Source: Candidatus Latescibacterota bacterium (GTDB lineage Bacteria; Latescibacterota; UBA2968; UBA8231). Taken from it: a stretch of DNA of 64,000 nt. The stretch is from assembly GCA_963422735.1 (NCBI GenBank), contig OY730476.1:2112001-2176000 (forward strand). The letters are read 5' to 3'. Of this stretch, positions 1 through 9,826 are shown one piece after another. The first letter of the stretch is position 1, and each line of letters starts with the position of its first letter. The translations under genes and the position numbers were made by a program. The notes beneath the pieces were generated by a model that saw only the letters and a program-made list of their open reading frames with translations, did no database searches and had not been told where the DNA came from.

Positions 1-505
1 CCAGCCAAGGAGAGCGCCAAGCCAAGGGCAGCGACGATCCGGCCATCAGCGGAATGCCCAGTTCTTCAGCCCGATTCCACATCCACTGGGCATCCCCAAA
101 GTCATACGCGAAGTGCTTATCTGAAAATACGGGCACTGAGCGGCCGCTCTCGGCAAAGACGCCAGCGATTTGCTCAAAGAAATAGCGGCGCGGGTACATG
201 TGGCGGCCCCGCTCGTTCCAAGGGTAATCGCCGTGCTCACCGATGAGCAGCACCGCATCTACATTGAGCCGATCGGCACCAGCGTGCAGGGCGCGGCGGA
301 TGCTGGGGTAGATGGGGACCCCACGCTCTTGGGCCAAGCCCACGCCGATATCGTTTTCCAGCACATGGTCAATGTACAAGGATACTAGGTCCACTTCTGG
401 CGGCATCAGGCCCTCATCCGTGGACATGCCCTTCATAAACTTGGTGGCAATGACGTCGGCATGCGACTTGGGATAGTAGATGGTAGCGATGACGGCTACT
501 CTCAT
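1..505 (-). CDS. conserved hypothetical protein, 3'-truncated by the window edge
   Basis: Not in ORF track. Hand translation from ATG 505 is open to base 1: MRVAVIATIYYPKSHADVIATKF...DAVLLIGEHGDYP...PVFSDKH...IPLMAGSSLP. Confidence 0.75.
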   Translation of the reverse strand, partial: MRVAVIATIYYPKSHADVIATKFMKGMSTDEGLMPPEVDLVSLYIDHVLENDIGVGLAQERGVPIYPSIRRALHAGADRLNVDAVLLIGEHGDYPWNERGRHMYPRRYFFEQIAGVFAESGRSVPVFSDKHFAYDFGDAQWMWNRAEELGIPLMAGSSLPLAWRSPWL

Positions 506-616
506 GGCAAAGCTCCTATAGCAAAGACGGCACTTGCTCCTGTGCGCCGAAGACAGTGGAAGGTGGTATAACTATAATGTCTTGGTAGCGTGCTGCCATG
601 CCTAGCCGAAAAACGC

Positions 617-1435
617 TCAGGCTGCCCAGCATCCTTCCGCATAAGGCTCGCGGAGAAAGAGTCTTTTGCGTGTGGGATTGGCGCGTGCAATCCACTCGGG
701 CGGAATCTCCTGAGTGTAGCGATGCGGCGGCCCGGCTTCTTTGAAGATGTCGATGTTGAAGATGCGATAGGGCTGGGGGGAATCCGCGGGTTTGGCCTCG
801 ACGGCGTGGAAGATCCGGGCGTTGATATAGACCATGCTGCCCGGCGGCACGGTGAGTCGCACCTCTTTTAGCTCGCGCCCGGCCTCTGCGTCGTATGCCC
901 CGGCCAGCATGCGCTCAGGCGTGGCCTCTGCAGTCGGGGCGACGAGGTGGCTGCCGGGAATGACCTTGAGGTTGCGGTCGCCGAGTGTGAAGCCATTGGG
1001 ATAGTAGAGGATTTGGATGTAGTACTTGTCGCGCTCGGCGAGGTTGATGGGGTTTTCGTGCTTCCAGTGGTGGTGATCTTGATGGTAGGGAATGGGACCT
1101 GCGCCGCGCGGGGCGAGGTTGAGAGCGGAGTGGCAGAAGTGGTAGCTTGGGCCGATGGTGGCTTGCAGCAGCGCCGAGACAAAGGGGTCGTCGATGAGGC
1201 GGTCGCCGCACGGGCCGCGGTCGTTCCAAGGGCGGACGAAGTAGGATTGGGGTGGGCCGAGTTTTTCGTCCAAGGCGTCGAGATAGTGACGGACCGAGGC
1301 GAGGCCGAGGATTTCGTTGGTTAGGCTGTGCTGGACCTCGTCCTTGAGTACATCCGGGTAGAAGATATAGCCATCTCGGTGGAAGGATTCCAAGTCGGCT
1401 GCCGAGGGGGCTTGGCAGCGGAACAGTGAGTTCAA
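617..1435 (-). CDS. phytanoyl-CoA dioxygenase (PhyH) family Fe(II)/2OG oxygenase
   Basis: FHRDGY N-terminus, HQD motif, IPGSH, distal FHAV. Confidence 0.85.
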   Translation of the reverse strand: MNSLFRCQAPSAADLESFHRDGYIFYPDVLKDEVQHSLTNEILGLASVRHYLDALDEKLGPPQSYFVRPWNDRGPCGDRLIDDPFVSALLQATIGPSYHFCHSALNLAPRGAGPIPYHQDHHHWKHENPINLAERDKYYIQILYYPNGFTLGDRNLKVIPGSHLVAPTAEATPERMLAGAYDAEAGRELKEVRLTVPPGSMVYINARIFHAVEAKPADSPQPYRIFNIDIFKEAGPPHRYTQEIPPEWIARANPTRKRLFLREPYAEGCWAA

Positions 1436-1627
1436 GGCGACCTCGTTGCTTTATTTATCAATGATAGTGTGCTGTGCGGTCTCTCGCAACCTATCCTTGT
1501 GCTGATTGCTGCGAGGATTCCTTGATGAATTCTGCCTATTAAAGCCTTGACAGAGGCGCATTCTTCGTCCAATGTTAGGGATAAAAGCCATATTAGCTAA
1601 TATGAATAAATCAGGAGATGCGCCCGT

Positions 1628-1885
1628 ATGGAAACAAAAGTCATAACATCGACTAAAGCGCAAAATAACTTTGGTCAGATAATAGACTCGGTTGTTCAAG
1701 ATCGAACTCGGTACGTTGTCAAGCGGCGCAATGTATCGCAGGCAATCATAATGAGTTTAGTGGATTTTAGCCAGTTGTTGGAGAACTCATCTGACAGACA
1801 GAAGATGAGCGATATGATTGGCGAATTGGCACCCGTTTACAGTCTTGGCGAAACAATAGACTCTTCTGTTGAAGATAAGGTTTAG
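1628..1885 (+). CDS. Phd/YefM-family antitoxin (no adjacent toxin)
   Basis: ITSTKAQNNFGQIIDSV...YVVKRRN Phd-type N-terminus; AGGAG RBS upstream. Confidence 0.7.
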   Translation: METKVITSTKAQNNFGQIIDSVVQDRTRYVVKRRNVSQAIIMSLVDFSQLLENSSDRQKMSDMIGELAPVYSLGETIDSSVEDKV

Positions 1886-1910
1886 GCCCAAAATTGAGAA
1901 AGGTAAAGAA

Positions 1911-3175
1911 ATGGTATATGCAGTGCAAAATAAAACTGGGGAAGAATTAAATCGAATTTACGCAGAAGATTTGCCTGTCCACGAATGGTATCGGTTTGTT
2001 CTTTGTATCACTTGTTCTTGGACCCATTTTGTGGTACAGGAACAACCATAGTTGAGTGCAAAAAGAATGGTATTCCAAGTGCCGGCTTAGAGGCGACTCC
2101 CGTGGTGCAGTTTTTCGCTCAAACTAAGGTACTATGGGATATAGATCCCGATAAGCTGGTTAGACATGCTAGGGGTATTGCTAAAGAAGTAGAAACTCAG
2201 TTAAAAAAAGAAGGTATCGAAGACGATCCTATTTTTAAGTCCTACATTAACGGCAAAGAGGTGAATCTAAAACTCTTAGACCCCGAATTAGAATCGTTAC
2301 TCATCAAAAACTCCATAAGCCCTAAACCGCTCCATAAAGCTCTTACACTCATAAATAACCTAAATAAAAATTCAGATGAATGTCTAATTGCACATGGAAG
2401 GTTAGCACTTGCAAAACAGCTAGTTTACAATATCAGTAATTTGCGTTTTGGTCCAGAAGTTGGAGTTGGAAAACCGAAAGAAGATGCTCCGGTTATTGCA
2501 CCTTGGTTAAAGGGCATAAAAGACATGGCTAACGATTTATGCCATACCCAGATTAAGTGCTACAAAGATGTACCATCGCTAGTAAAACTTACGGACTCTC
2601 GCAGCATAGATCCCTGCTTAGAGCCTTTGATGTTTGATGCAGTTATAACATCACCTCCATATCCCAATGAAAAAGATTATACGAGAACGACTCGTCTTGA
2701 ATCTGTTTTACTTGGTTATATAAATAATCGTGCTGATTTGCGTCGACAAAAGCAGAGATTGCTTCGATCCAATACTAGAGCAGTGTATAAAACAGATATA
2801 GACGAGTGCTGGATTGAGGATAATGAACGGATACAAGAGTTAGCGGATCGAATAGAGGCTCATCGGATAGAGCTGGGGAAAACGTCGGGGTTTGAAAAAC
2901 TCTATGCTCGAGTAGTGAGATTGTATTTTGGAGGTATGGCGCGCCACTTAGAAGAATTAAAACGAGTTTTAGCACCGGGTGCCCAGCTCGCTTATGTCGT
3001 CGGGGATCAGGCTTCTTTCTTCAGGGTTTTAATCCGTACGGGAGAGCTTCTAGCAAGTATAGCGGAAGAACTTGGCTATGAAGTAACGGACATCGATCTA
3101 TTTCGTACGCGATTCTCTACTGCGACGCAAGAGCATTTACGCGAAGAGGTCGTTCTTTTGCGATGGAACAGTTAG
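1911..3175 (+). pseudogene. N4-cytosine/N6-adenine DNA methyltransferase, frameshifted near the 5' end
   Basis: N-terminus MVYAVQ...HEWYRFVL is in a different frame from LDPFCGTGTT (motif I) and TSPPY (motif IV); junction at about 2004-2012; AT-rich. Confidence 0.75.
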
Positions 3176-3976
3176 TTACCACTTAGGAGGCTTGGGAACC
3201 AATCTATATCGAGCTTTATTGACAACTGAAGAGGCTACGAGTTTTGAGTTTAGCTGCAACACGTCGTTTGAGTCGCACTTGGAAAACTCTGCGAGGAATA
3301 TATCCCCATTGTCTTCTAGTTTCACTCCTAATGGAATTACAAAACCCATATCATCTTCCATAAGTCGTTGCAAAGTTGCAGCAGTTATCTCCACGATCTG
3401 ATTTAGAGTAAGTACATCGTTCCCTTTGGATTTTGCCTCACAGGGAATCGGTATTAGGCGGTTTCCTTCTTTCATTATGAAAAAGCAATCTAGTTCATGA
3501 GGCTGAACTTTTACTGGAGCTTGGACATGCGTTATCGTTCCTTGGGGAACGCCAAAAAAGTCGTCGAGAACTCCTCCATACTCTATAGCGGTTAGGGACG
3601 CAAGAGGTCAAGTATATAAGAGGGGATTTCAATATGAATGGGTTTAGCTGCTAAATTTGGGGGACAAGCTATAGAGATTATCCCTGCTGAAGGACCGCTG
3701 TCTCGAAAAAATATGCCCATTGAACCGCTTATGAGTTCCTTCTCGCAAAAAATAACCTGCTTGCCTAGCAGATGGGCTTCTAGCGTCTGAGTTTCCCGAC
3801 CGAGTAAGATCTTTCACAAAGTTGTTCAGGTTCAATGGAACGTTCCCACCTGTTGCGATAATCGCATCTCTCACTTCATCGCGTGTAAACGGTATTTCCG
3901 GTTGCGGATTGTCGGAGTCGTATTTCCGGTCAAATATATGTTCAAGTGCTGCGGGTTTATTGTAATCGCTTCTCAT
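3176..3976 (-). pseudogene. putative type II PD-(D/E)xK restriction endonuclease, two frameshifts
   Basis: Three frames join across about 3730 and 3595: MRSDYNK...YFLREG / GSMGIFF...LDLLRP / LTAIEYGGVLDDFFG...HELD...PCEAK. Convergent with the MTase, stop codons abutting; AT-rich. Confidence 0.6.
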
Positions 3977-3994
3977 ATATAGATTGTATCTCCT

Positions 3995-5260
3995 TCATAC
4001 TGCCGGCGGGTTTTCCTCTTGTCCAAAGGAGGGAGGCGCGAAGACGGCCCGCCAGCCCAGCCTGTTTAGACGCAAGTAATAAGAGGCCGTTAGCACGCCC
4101 CATAGCGCATACGCGAGCGAAGTAGATAGGGCGGCACCGCGCAGGCCCAGCTTGGGGATCAACAATAGGTTCAGGGCCACGTTGGCCGCCAAAGCGAGTC
4201 CCGGTGTCCAGAGGGTCATGGAGGGGTAGCCCTCGCCCATTAGCTTGGCGTTAAACACAGCCCCGCAGCCCAAAAACAACATGCCGGGCAGCAGCCAAAC
4301 AAGAGGCTCGTACGCATCTGGATACAAAGGAAAGAAAACGCTCAGAAGTAGGCGTCCGCCGAAGATTAAGACAACCGCCGAAAGCAGGGAAAAGACAAAG
4401 ATGCCTTGGGCCACGCCCAAAGAGAGCCGCGTGTCGTCTTGCCCGCGCACTATTTTGGCGAGCAGGAGAACCGAGGCAATGTTGGCGACGCGCTGCATCA
4501 TGTCCGTAAAGTTCGTCGCCACCCCGTACACGCCCACCGCCTCCTCACCCAAAAATCGATTTATTAAAAAGAGGTCGCTCTTGAGTAGCAAAAAGATGAG
4601 TACTAAGCATATCTCGCCACGAGAACCAATGCGAAACATTTGTCCGAGCGAGTGTTTCCCTCCCCACCGAAAGCGAAATTCCCGGTACAAGAATGGGGCA
4701 AAAGCCGCCAAGGCCGTTGTTCCTACCGCCCCGACCCACACCCCCATCACCCGTTCCAACTCGAGAAGCCCTAGCCGGGAAAGGACTATGTTGCCGCCGA
4801 GATAGATGGCGATGAAGACTACGGGTAGCAGTGCATAGGGCTTGAGCCGATCTTCGCCTAACAAGACGGAGAAACCCGCCCTTTGTAGCACGGTGAACGC
4901 AATCACGCAAACGCCGAAGACCCATTGGACCAAGGTAATACTGGGTACAAAGACCTTTGCAAGTGCCAAGCTAAAAGGGGCCGTCAGCAATAGGAGGGCA
5001 CCCAAGACGAGGCAATACAACAAGGTGTGGTTGATCGCGTCCTCCCGCGCTCGCTCGCGTCCCACGACGTAAATGTTCCCCTTGCTGAGCCACTCCCCCA
5101 GGAACAGGACGCCCAGCATGACGAGCGCAGTCCATAGCTTTAGGGTGCCATAGCGCTCCGGTCCTAGCTGATCGGCTAGCAAGACCGAGTTCACAAAGCC
5201 CAAAGAAAATACCAAGAAGGAGCAGGCTGTGTTGAGCGAGAAGCCGCGAAAAAAGTTCAT
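3995..5260 (-). CDS. oligosaccharide flippase / polysaccharide biosynthesis protein (Wzx/MOP superfamily)
   Basis: Many TM segments, LGPERYG, VGVYGVA, NLLLIPKLGLRGAALST. Confidence 0.8.
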   Translation of the reverse strand: MNFFRGFSLNTACSFLVFSLGFVNSVLLADQLGPERYGTLKLWTALVMLGVLFLGEWLSKGNIYVVGRERAREDAINHTLLYCLVLGALLLLTAPFSLALAKVFVPSITLVQWVFGVCVIAFTVLQRAGFSVLLGEDRLKPYALLPVVFIAIYLGGNIVLSRLGLLELERVMGVWVGAVGTTALAAFAPFLYREFRFRWGGKHSLGQMFRIGSRGEICLVLIFLLLKSDLFLINRFLGEEAVGVYGVATNFTDMMQRVANIASVLLLAKIVRGQDDTRLSLGVAQGIFVFSLLSAVVLIFGGRLLLSVFFPLYPDAYEPLVWLLPGMLFLGCGAVFNAKLMGEGYPSMTLWTPGLALAANVALNLLLIPKLGLRGAALSTSLAYALWGVLTASYYLRLNRLGWRAVFAPPSFGQEENPPAV

Positions 5261-5724
5261 TGAAATGGATGGAGGGTACTAAAGCGGCGACAGAGATGGC
5301 CGATGCTTACCAAATGAATATCCGAGGCATGGCGAAGCATCGTCGCCGAAGGCCCCTTCCTGTGGGATGGTTTCAAAGACCCAATTTTGTGCTCCAGTTC
5401 AGACGACATAAAGCTCATCTACTCCGCTCCGCCGCAATAGGCGGACAGAAACTCAAAAGTCGTTTGCTCCGGTGCCGGTTCGGGCAACCCACGGCTCGCG
5501 CAGTCAATGGCGACCCAATCGGTTTCTACTAAGATGGCGTCGTTCATCTGTTGTAGTGTCTTGCAGGCTGGCCGCCCAGCGCTGTTGCCCAGCGTCGGTC
5601 GGGATGCCCTCCCAGCCCAGTAGCCTTCTCGCGGTCGAAGGCGGCTAGGACTTCGGGGCGCAAGAGGTCGTCAGGCGGCTGGAGTGGGGTTTTGGGATGC
5701 TTTCATAGATAGTCTTGGGCAGTT

Positions 5725-5756
5725 AAAACCCCGCGCCTTTTCGACGACGCGGGGTT
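5725..5756 (-). terminator. intrinsic terminator downstream of the cyclase gene
   Basis: Stem AACCCCGCG (5727-5735) / CGCGGGGTT (5748-5756) ending in TTTT on the minus strand, 14 bp after the stop codon. Confidence 0.65.
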
Positions 5757-5769
5757 CTCCATTTCCAGC

Positions 5770-6747
5770 TCAGCGGATGGCGATCGGCCGTCCCGGCGAT
5801 CCAGTGCCGCCTTTAAAGCGGGTCGGCGTGAATATGAAGAGGAACTCGTACACCTCGTCGGCTAGCACTTCTTCAAAGGCCATGTTCTCCAGGTTGAAGA
5901 TGCCGTTTTTGGTGATGAGTTCCTGGTGGACCGGGAAGGCCTGTTTGGGATCGGGGCCGGGTACGACTTCGGTGGTCCACTGGTCCGAGCCGATCATCGA
6001 GGGTTTCATGGAGATGATCCACTCGCTGGCCTCCATGCCGATGCCGGGCGGGTTAGTGTTATAGGTTTCAGGGTCCTTCCACAGCTTGGACCAGCCGTAA
6101 TTGAAGAGCAGGGCATCGCCCTCTTGGATACTGCTTTCGGCGATTCCTTGCTTTTCGAGTGCGCCGCGAATATCGGCGACGGTGACCTCATAGCTGTGAT
6201 CGAGGTGATCGACGCCCTTGTAGCCAGCAATGTCGATGAGCACGCCGCGGGTGACAAAGGAGCGCACGTGTTCAATGCCCAGCTTGGTGACGCCATACGC
6301 TCCGGCCATTTCATCGGCAGTAACGCCGTTGTAGAACACGTCTTGGGTCGAGCCGTCGGCCATGCTCATGCGCGTACCAATATGAGACAGCCCGTCGAAC
6401 TGAGTGCCTACTTGGCCGATCTCGGCGCAGAGGAACTCGTCGTGGTACATCAGCATGTTGTTCTCGCCGAAGGGGCCGCCGGTGGGCGAGCCGGGGATGA
6501 ACATCGCATACGTGCGCTCGCCAAACAGCGGCATACCGCGCTCGTATATCTGGCCTAGTTCGTACATCTTGCCGGTCTTGATTAGCTGTACGGCCTTGAG
6601 GATGGTTTCGGCGGTGATGCGGTTGGATGCGCCGGCTTGGTCGTCAGCTCCCCACTCCGAGGGCCACCAAGGCCCTTGTTCGCGAGTCTGGGAAAAGCAC
6701 GGCAGAAAGAGGGCGAGCATTAGGATCGCCGAAGTGAGCGATTTCAT
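5770..6747 (-). CDS. secreted cyclase family protein (kynurenine formamidase-like)
   Basis: Signal peptide MKSLTSAILML; GTQFDGLSH, RGVLID, ENM and GGTGSPGRP motifs; AAGGAG RBS before ATG 6747. Confidence 0.8.
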   Translation of the reverse strand: MKSLTSAILMLALFLPCFSQTREQGPWWPSEWGADDQAGASNRITAETILKAVQLIKTGKMYELGQIYERGMPLFGERTYAMFIPGSPTGGPFGENNMLMYHDEFLCAEIGQVGTQFDGLSHIGTRMSMADGSTQDVFYNGVTADEMAGAYGVTKLGIEHVRSFVTRGVLIDIAGYKGVDHLDHSYEVTVADIRGALEKQGIAESSIQEGDALLFNYGWSKLWKDPETYNTNPPGIGMEASEWIISMKPSMIGSDQWTTEVVPGPDPKQAFPVHQELITKNGIFNLENMAFEEVLADEVYEFLFIFTPTRFKGGTGSPGRPIAIR

Positions 6748-6820
6748 GAGTTTCTCCTTGATAAATGGGTCGCGGGAATGCAACGCGATGGTATAAAGAA
6801 ATTGAGGCCCTGAATCAAGC

Positions 6821-7273
6821 TCAGACGAACTTGACTACCACCAAGAGCACGATGACGATCACCAACGCGGTGGGCACTTCGTTGAGGCAGCGGAAAAATT
6901 GCTCGCTCTTTTGGTTCTCACCACGCGCAAAAGCCTTGCGGTAGGAGGAGAGCATACCGTGGACGGCACCCATGGCAAGCACTAGCACCAACTTGATATG
7001 CATCCAGTAGCCAGTGCCGGGCGCGCCGGCCCCAGTGGCGAGGATGAGCAGGATGCCGGTAATAAAAGAGACGATCATCGCCGGATTCATAATCACCCTC
7101 AGCAACTTGCGCTCCATGACCTTGAAGGTCTCGTCGGCTTCGGAGCCAAGGGTAACTTGGCAGTGATAAACATAGAGGCGCGGCAGATAAAACATGCCGG
7201 CCATCCACGCGATGACGAAGATGATGTGGATAGCTTTGAGCCACAGGTAGTACTCACTTGCAAATGCACTCAT
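6821..7273 (-). CDS. hemJ: protoporphyrinogen oxidase HemJ
   Basis: WLKAIHIIFVIAWMAGMFYLPRLYVYH, MERKL, NEVPT. Confidence 0.9.
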   Translation of the reverse strand: MSAFASEYYLWLKAIHIIFVIAWMAGMFYLPRLYVYHCQVTLGSEADETFKVMERKLLRVIMNPAMIVSFITGILLILATGAGAPGTGYWMHIKLVLVLAMGAVHGMLSSYRKAFARGENQKSEQFFRCLNEVPTALVIVIVLLVVVKFV

Positions 7274-7299
7274 AGGGAGGAACTCCTCTACGCGGAGAC

Positions 7300-7941
7300 T
7301 CAGTAGGTGCGCGTCGTTGCCAGCGCAGCTTCGTGGAGAGCGTTGACCGTCTCGGCGTCTAGGTCAATGTCGATGTTGGGAATGGACTTGGACCGGCCGA
7401 TAAAGAGCGTCGCGTAAAATGCGCAAGCCGCCAAATAGGATCCGGCGAGGTTGGGATGGCTTTGGTCCTTGTCGTGGAGGACAATATCGGGATGGGCCGC
7501 TAAGCAATCGCGCCAAGCTAGCCCCACGGGCACGACGGTTGCGCCGATCTCGCGCCCCACTTCGGTGTAGGTATCGCTCAAATCGGCTTGGGTCTCAAAA
7601 GCGTTTTGTCGCGCCCAAGTCATATAGAGTACCGTCTGCGCCTTTGCCGATTTAATTATGGCATCGAACTCGCGGATGTTTTCTCCGGTGCGCTTGGGGT
7701 TTTTCACCGGCAGGGTACTTTGCTCCTGCAATACGACATAATCCCAGCGGGATGCCCGCAAGCGCTCTTGCGCCTCGCCTTTGTTCAAGTGGGTCCTGAG
7801 CGAGGCCCCGCCGCCGCTGATGAGTTCGCATTCCAACTCGCCCTTGCCGCCGGCAAAGACGAATTGGGCTATGAGACCGGGCAGATCGTTGCGCGCGGTG
7901 AAGCTGTTGCCGATGAAAAGGATGCGGGTGATATTGGCCAT
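7300..7941 (-). CDS. SGNH/GDSL hydrolase family protein
   Basis: LFIGNSFT, WDYVVLQEQS, DQSHP catalytic block. Confidence 0.8.
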   Translation of the reverse strand: MANITRILFIGNSFTARNDLPGLIAQFVFAGGKGELECELISGGGASLRTHLNKGEAQERLRASRWDYVVLQEQSTLPVKNPKRTGENIREFDAIIKSAKAQTVLYMTWARQNAFETQADLSDTYTEVGREIGATVVPVGLAWRDCLAAHPDIVLHDKDQSHPNLAGSYLAACAFYATLFIGRSKSIPNIDIDLDAETVNALHEAALATTRTY

Positions 7942-8091
7942 AGCCAGTCTTCAGTTTGGGTTGAGGAGTGCCTTGCTCAACATAAACACCGCTTCGCCTC
8001 GCGCCAAGTTGCGATCCCAATGGCCTCGTATTCGGTACGCAGGACCTCGATGGCGGCGATTTTCATGCAGTCTAATATGGGAGAAATTCAG

Positions 8092-8859
8092 ATGGGACAA
8101 ACTGTCGAGCAGTACGAGCGAGACGGGTATTGTATCGCGGATGAGCAGATCGCGCCGGACGATGTGTTGGAAAAGGCGTTGCAGGGGATGGTGGCGGTGC
8201 GCGATGGGGTGTCCGATATGGGGCTGCCGCCGACCGAGCATCCTGGGTATGATCCAGAAGTGTTGTGCAAGATCAATAATCCGCATCGGTCGGATACGGG
8301 ACTCTATGGATTGGTGACCTGTCCACAAGTGGGGCGCAAAGTTGCCGAGGTGACGGGCGCACAGCGGATACAGGTGTGGGCGAGCCAGTTGCTGATTAAG
8401 CCGCCGGGGTCGGCGGCCGCAGGGCACGTCGGCTGGCATCAAGACCGGCAGTACTGGCCGATGTGGCAGCAAGACGAAGGGCTTTTTACGGCGTGGATCG
8501 CGCTGTGCGATGTGGGAGAGCAGTCGGGGCCGATGCGCTTCGTGCGGAGGTCGCACCGTTGGGGCTTTTTGAATCAGGGCAATTTCTTCGACAAGGACCA
8601 GCACAAGCTGCGGGAGGGTATCGCGGTGCCGGCGGGCGAGACTTGGGAGGAAGTGCCGGCGCTGATGCCCTTAGGCGGGCTTAGCGTCCACCACTGCCTG
8701 ACCTACCATGGCTCCAACGCCAATGTCTCGGATGCGGCGCGCTGGAGCTTGGCCGTGCATTTGCGCGACGAAAGGGCCGTGCCGGTGCCCGGCGACCAGA
8801 GCTACTACACCGCGCATTTGGAGGATCCCCAGATTTGTCCGGTCATGTATGAAGCCTAG
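8092..8859 (+). CDS. PhyH family dioxygenase
   Basis: YERDGY, WHQD, YHGS; start reset to ATG 8092 after GGAG. Confidence 0.85.
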   Translation: MGQTVEQYERDGYCIADEQIAPDDVLEKALQGMVAVRDGVSDMGLPPTEHPGYDPEVLCKINNPHRSDTGLYGLVTCPQVGRKVAEVTGAQRIQVWASQLLIKPPGSAAAGHVGWHQDRQYWPMWQQDEGLFTAWIALCDVGEQSGPMRFVRRSHRWGFLNQGNFFDKDQHKLREGIAVPAGETWEEVPALMPLGGLSVHHCLTYHGSNANVSDAARWSLAVHLRDERAVPVPGDQSYYTAHLEDPQICPVMYEA

Positions 8860-8926
8860 CCGCAAGAAGGGAATCTGGGGCACCTGCTGGCCGCATTTGG
8901 CGGCCCTGTACGCTCAAGGTACATTT

Positions 8927-9826
8927 ATGTACGTTTTAAATTATCATCAGCACCAGCAGCACGCGTCTGCTCGTCGAGCGCGTACAACAGAGGGCGGCGC
9001 AAGTAGCTGGTTGCAGGGGGCTACGAGATCATCACCGGCGACTGCAGGGACCTTGCAATTTTTGAAAAATAAATGGCTTCAGTCGGGCATTTCGACGGCG
9101 TAATCGACATGTTCTGCTTCACGCCATCCGCGCCTTCAAGGGCCGCACCGACCACTATGTCTTCTGGCGGCTCAGTATCCAATCACCGGAGAGGCCGAGC
9201 GGCAGCCCTGTTCGGCGTTCGGCTACGCCTTGCTGCGAGGAGCGCCTGTTCCGTGCATACGAGACGGGCGAACTGACAGGTCTGGGGCACACCTACGGCG
9301 AAGGCGGCAACAACCTAATCCATTCGCTACCGGGCAACTTCTATGTGGACCGCATAAGAAAGGGTCTGCCGATCATCGTCCACGGCGAAGGCTCGTCCTT
9401 TTGGCCGACCTGCCACCGCGACGACATAGCAGTGGCCTTTGTCAGGGCCTTGGGCAACTACAAGGCGCTGGGGCGGGGCTATCACGTCGCGGGCGAGGAG
9501 TGGATGACTTGGGAACGCTACAACGAGGGCATCGCTGAGGCCTTGGGCGTACCCGCGCCGGAGATGGTGCGGATTCCCACCGACTTGCTGTTGCGGATAG
9601 CCGGGCACCGAGCCGAGTGGACCGAGTGGAATTTCAAATACAACAATCTCTTCGACAACGCGGCGGCGCACACCGACTTGGGCTTCTGCGTCACCATACC
9701 TTGGATCGAGGGCGTGCGGCGGACGATCGACTGGCTGGAGGCCAACGGGCAGTTGGAGATTACGACCGGATCATTGCCGCTTGGCAGGCGGCCGGAGACC
9801 GGCTAGAGGAGGCATTTAAAGAATGA
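8927..9826 (+). pseudogene. NAD-dependent epimerase/dehydratase, multiply frameshifted
   Basis: Fragments in several frames: EIITGD, FDGVIDMFCFTP, AFKGRTDHYVF, YGEGG, RIRKGLPIIVHGEG...GRGYHVAGEEWMTW. The GxxGxxG motif is not recoverable. Confidence 0.7.

Noticed and set aside
1547-1575. TTGACA promoter upstream of the Phd gene (another TTGACA at about 21705)
   Set aside because: No convincing -10 element at 16-18 bp spacing.
5260-5706. Short ORFs between the flippase and the cyclase terminator
   Set aside because: No recognisable motif in any frame; possibly a remnant but not supportable.
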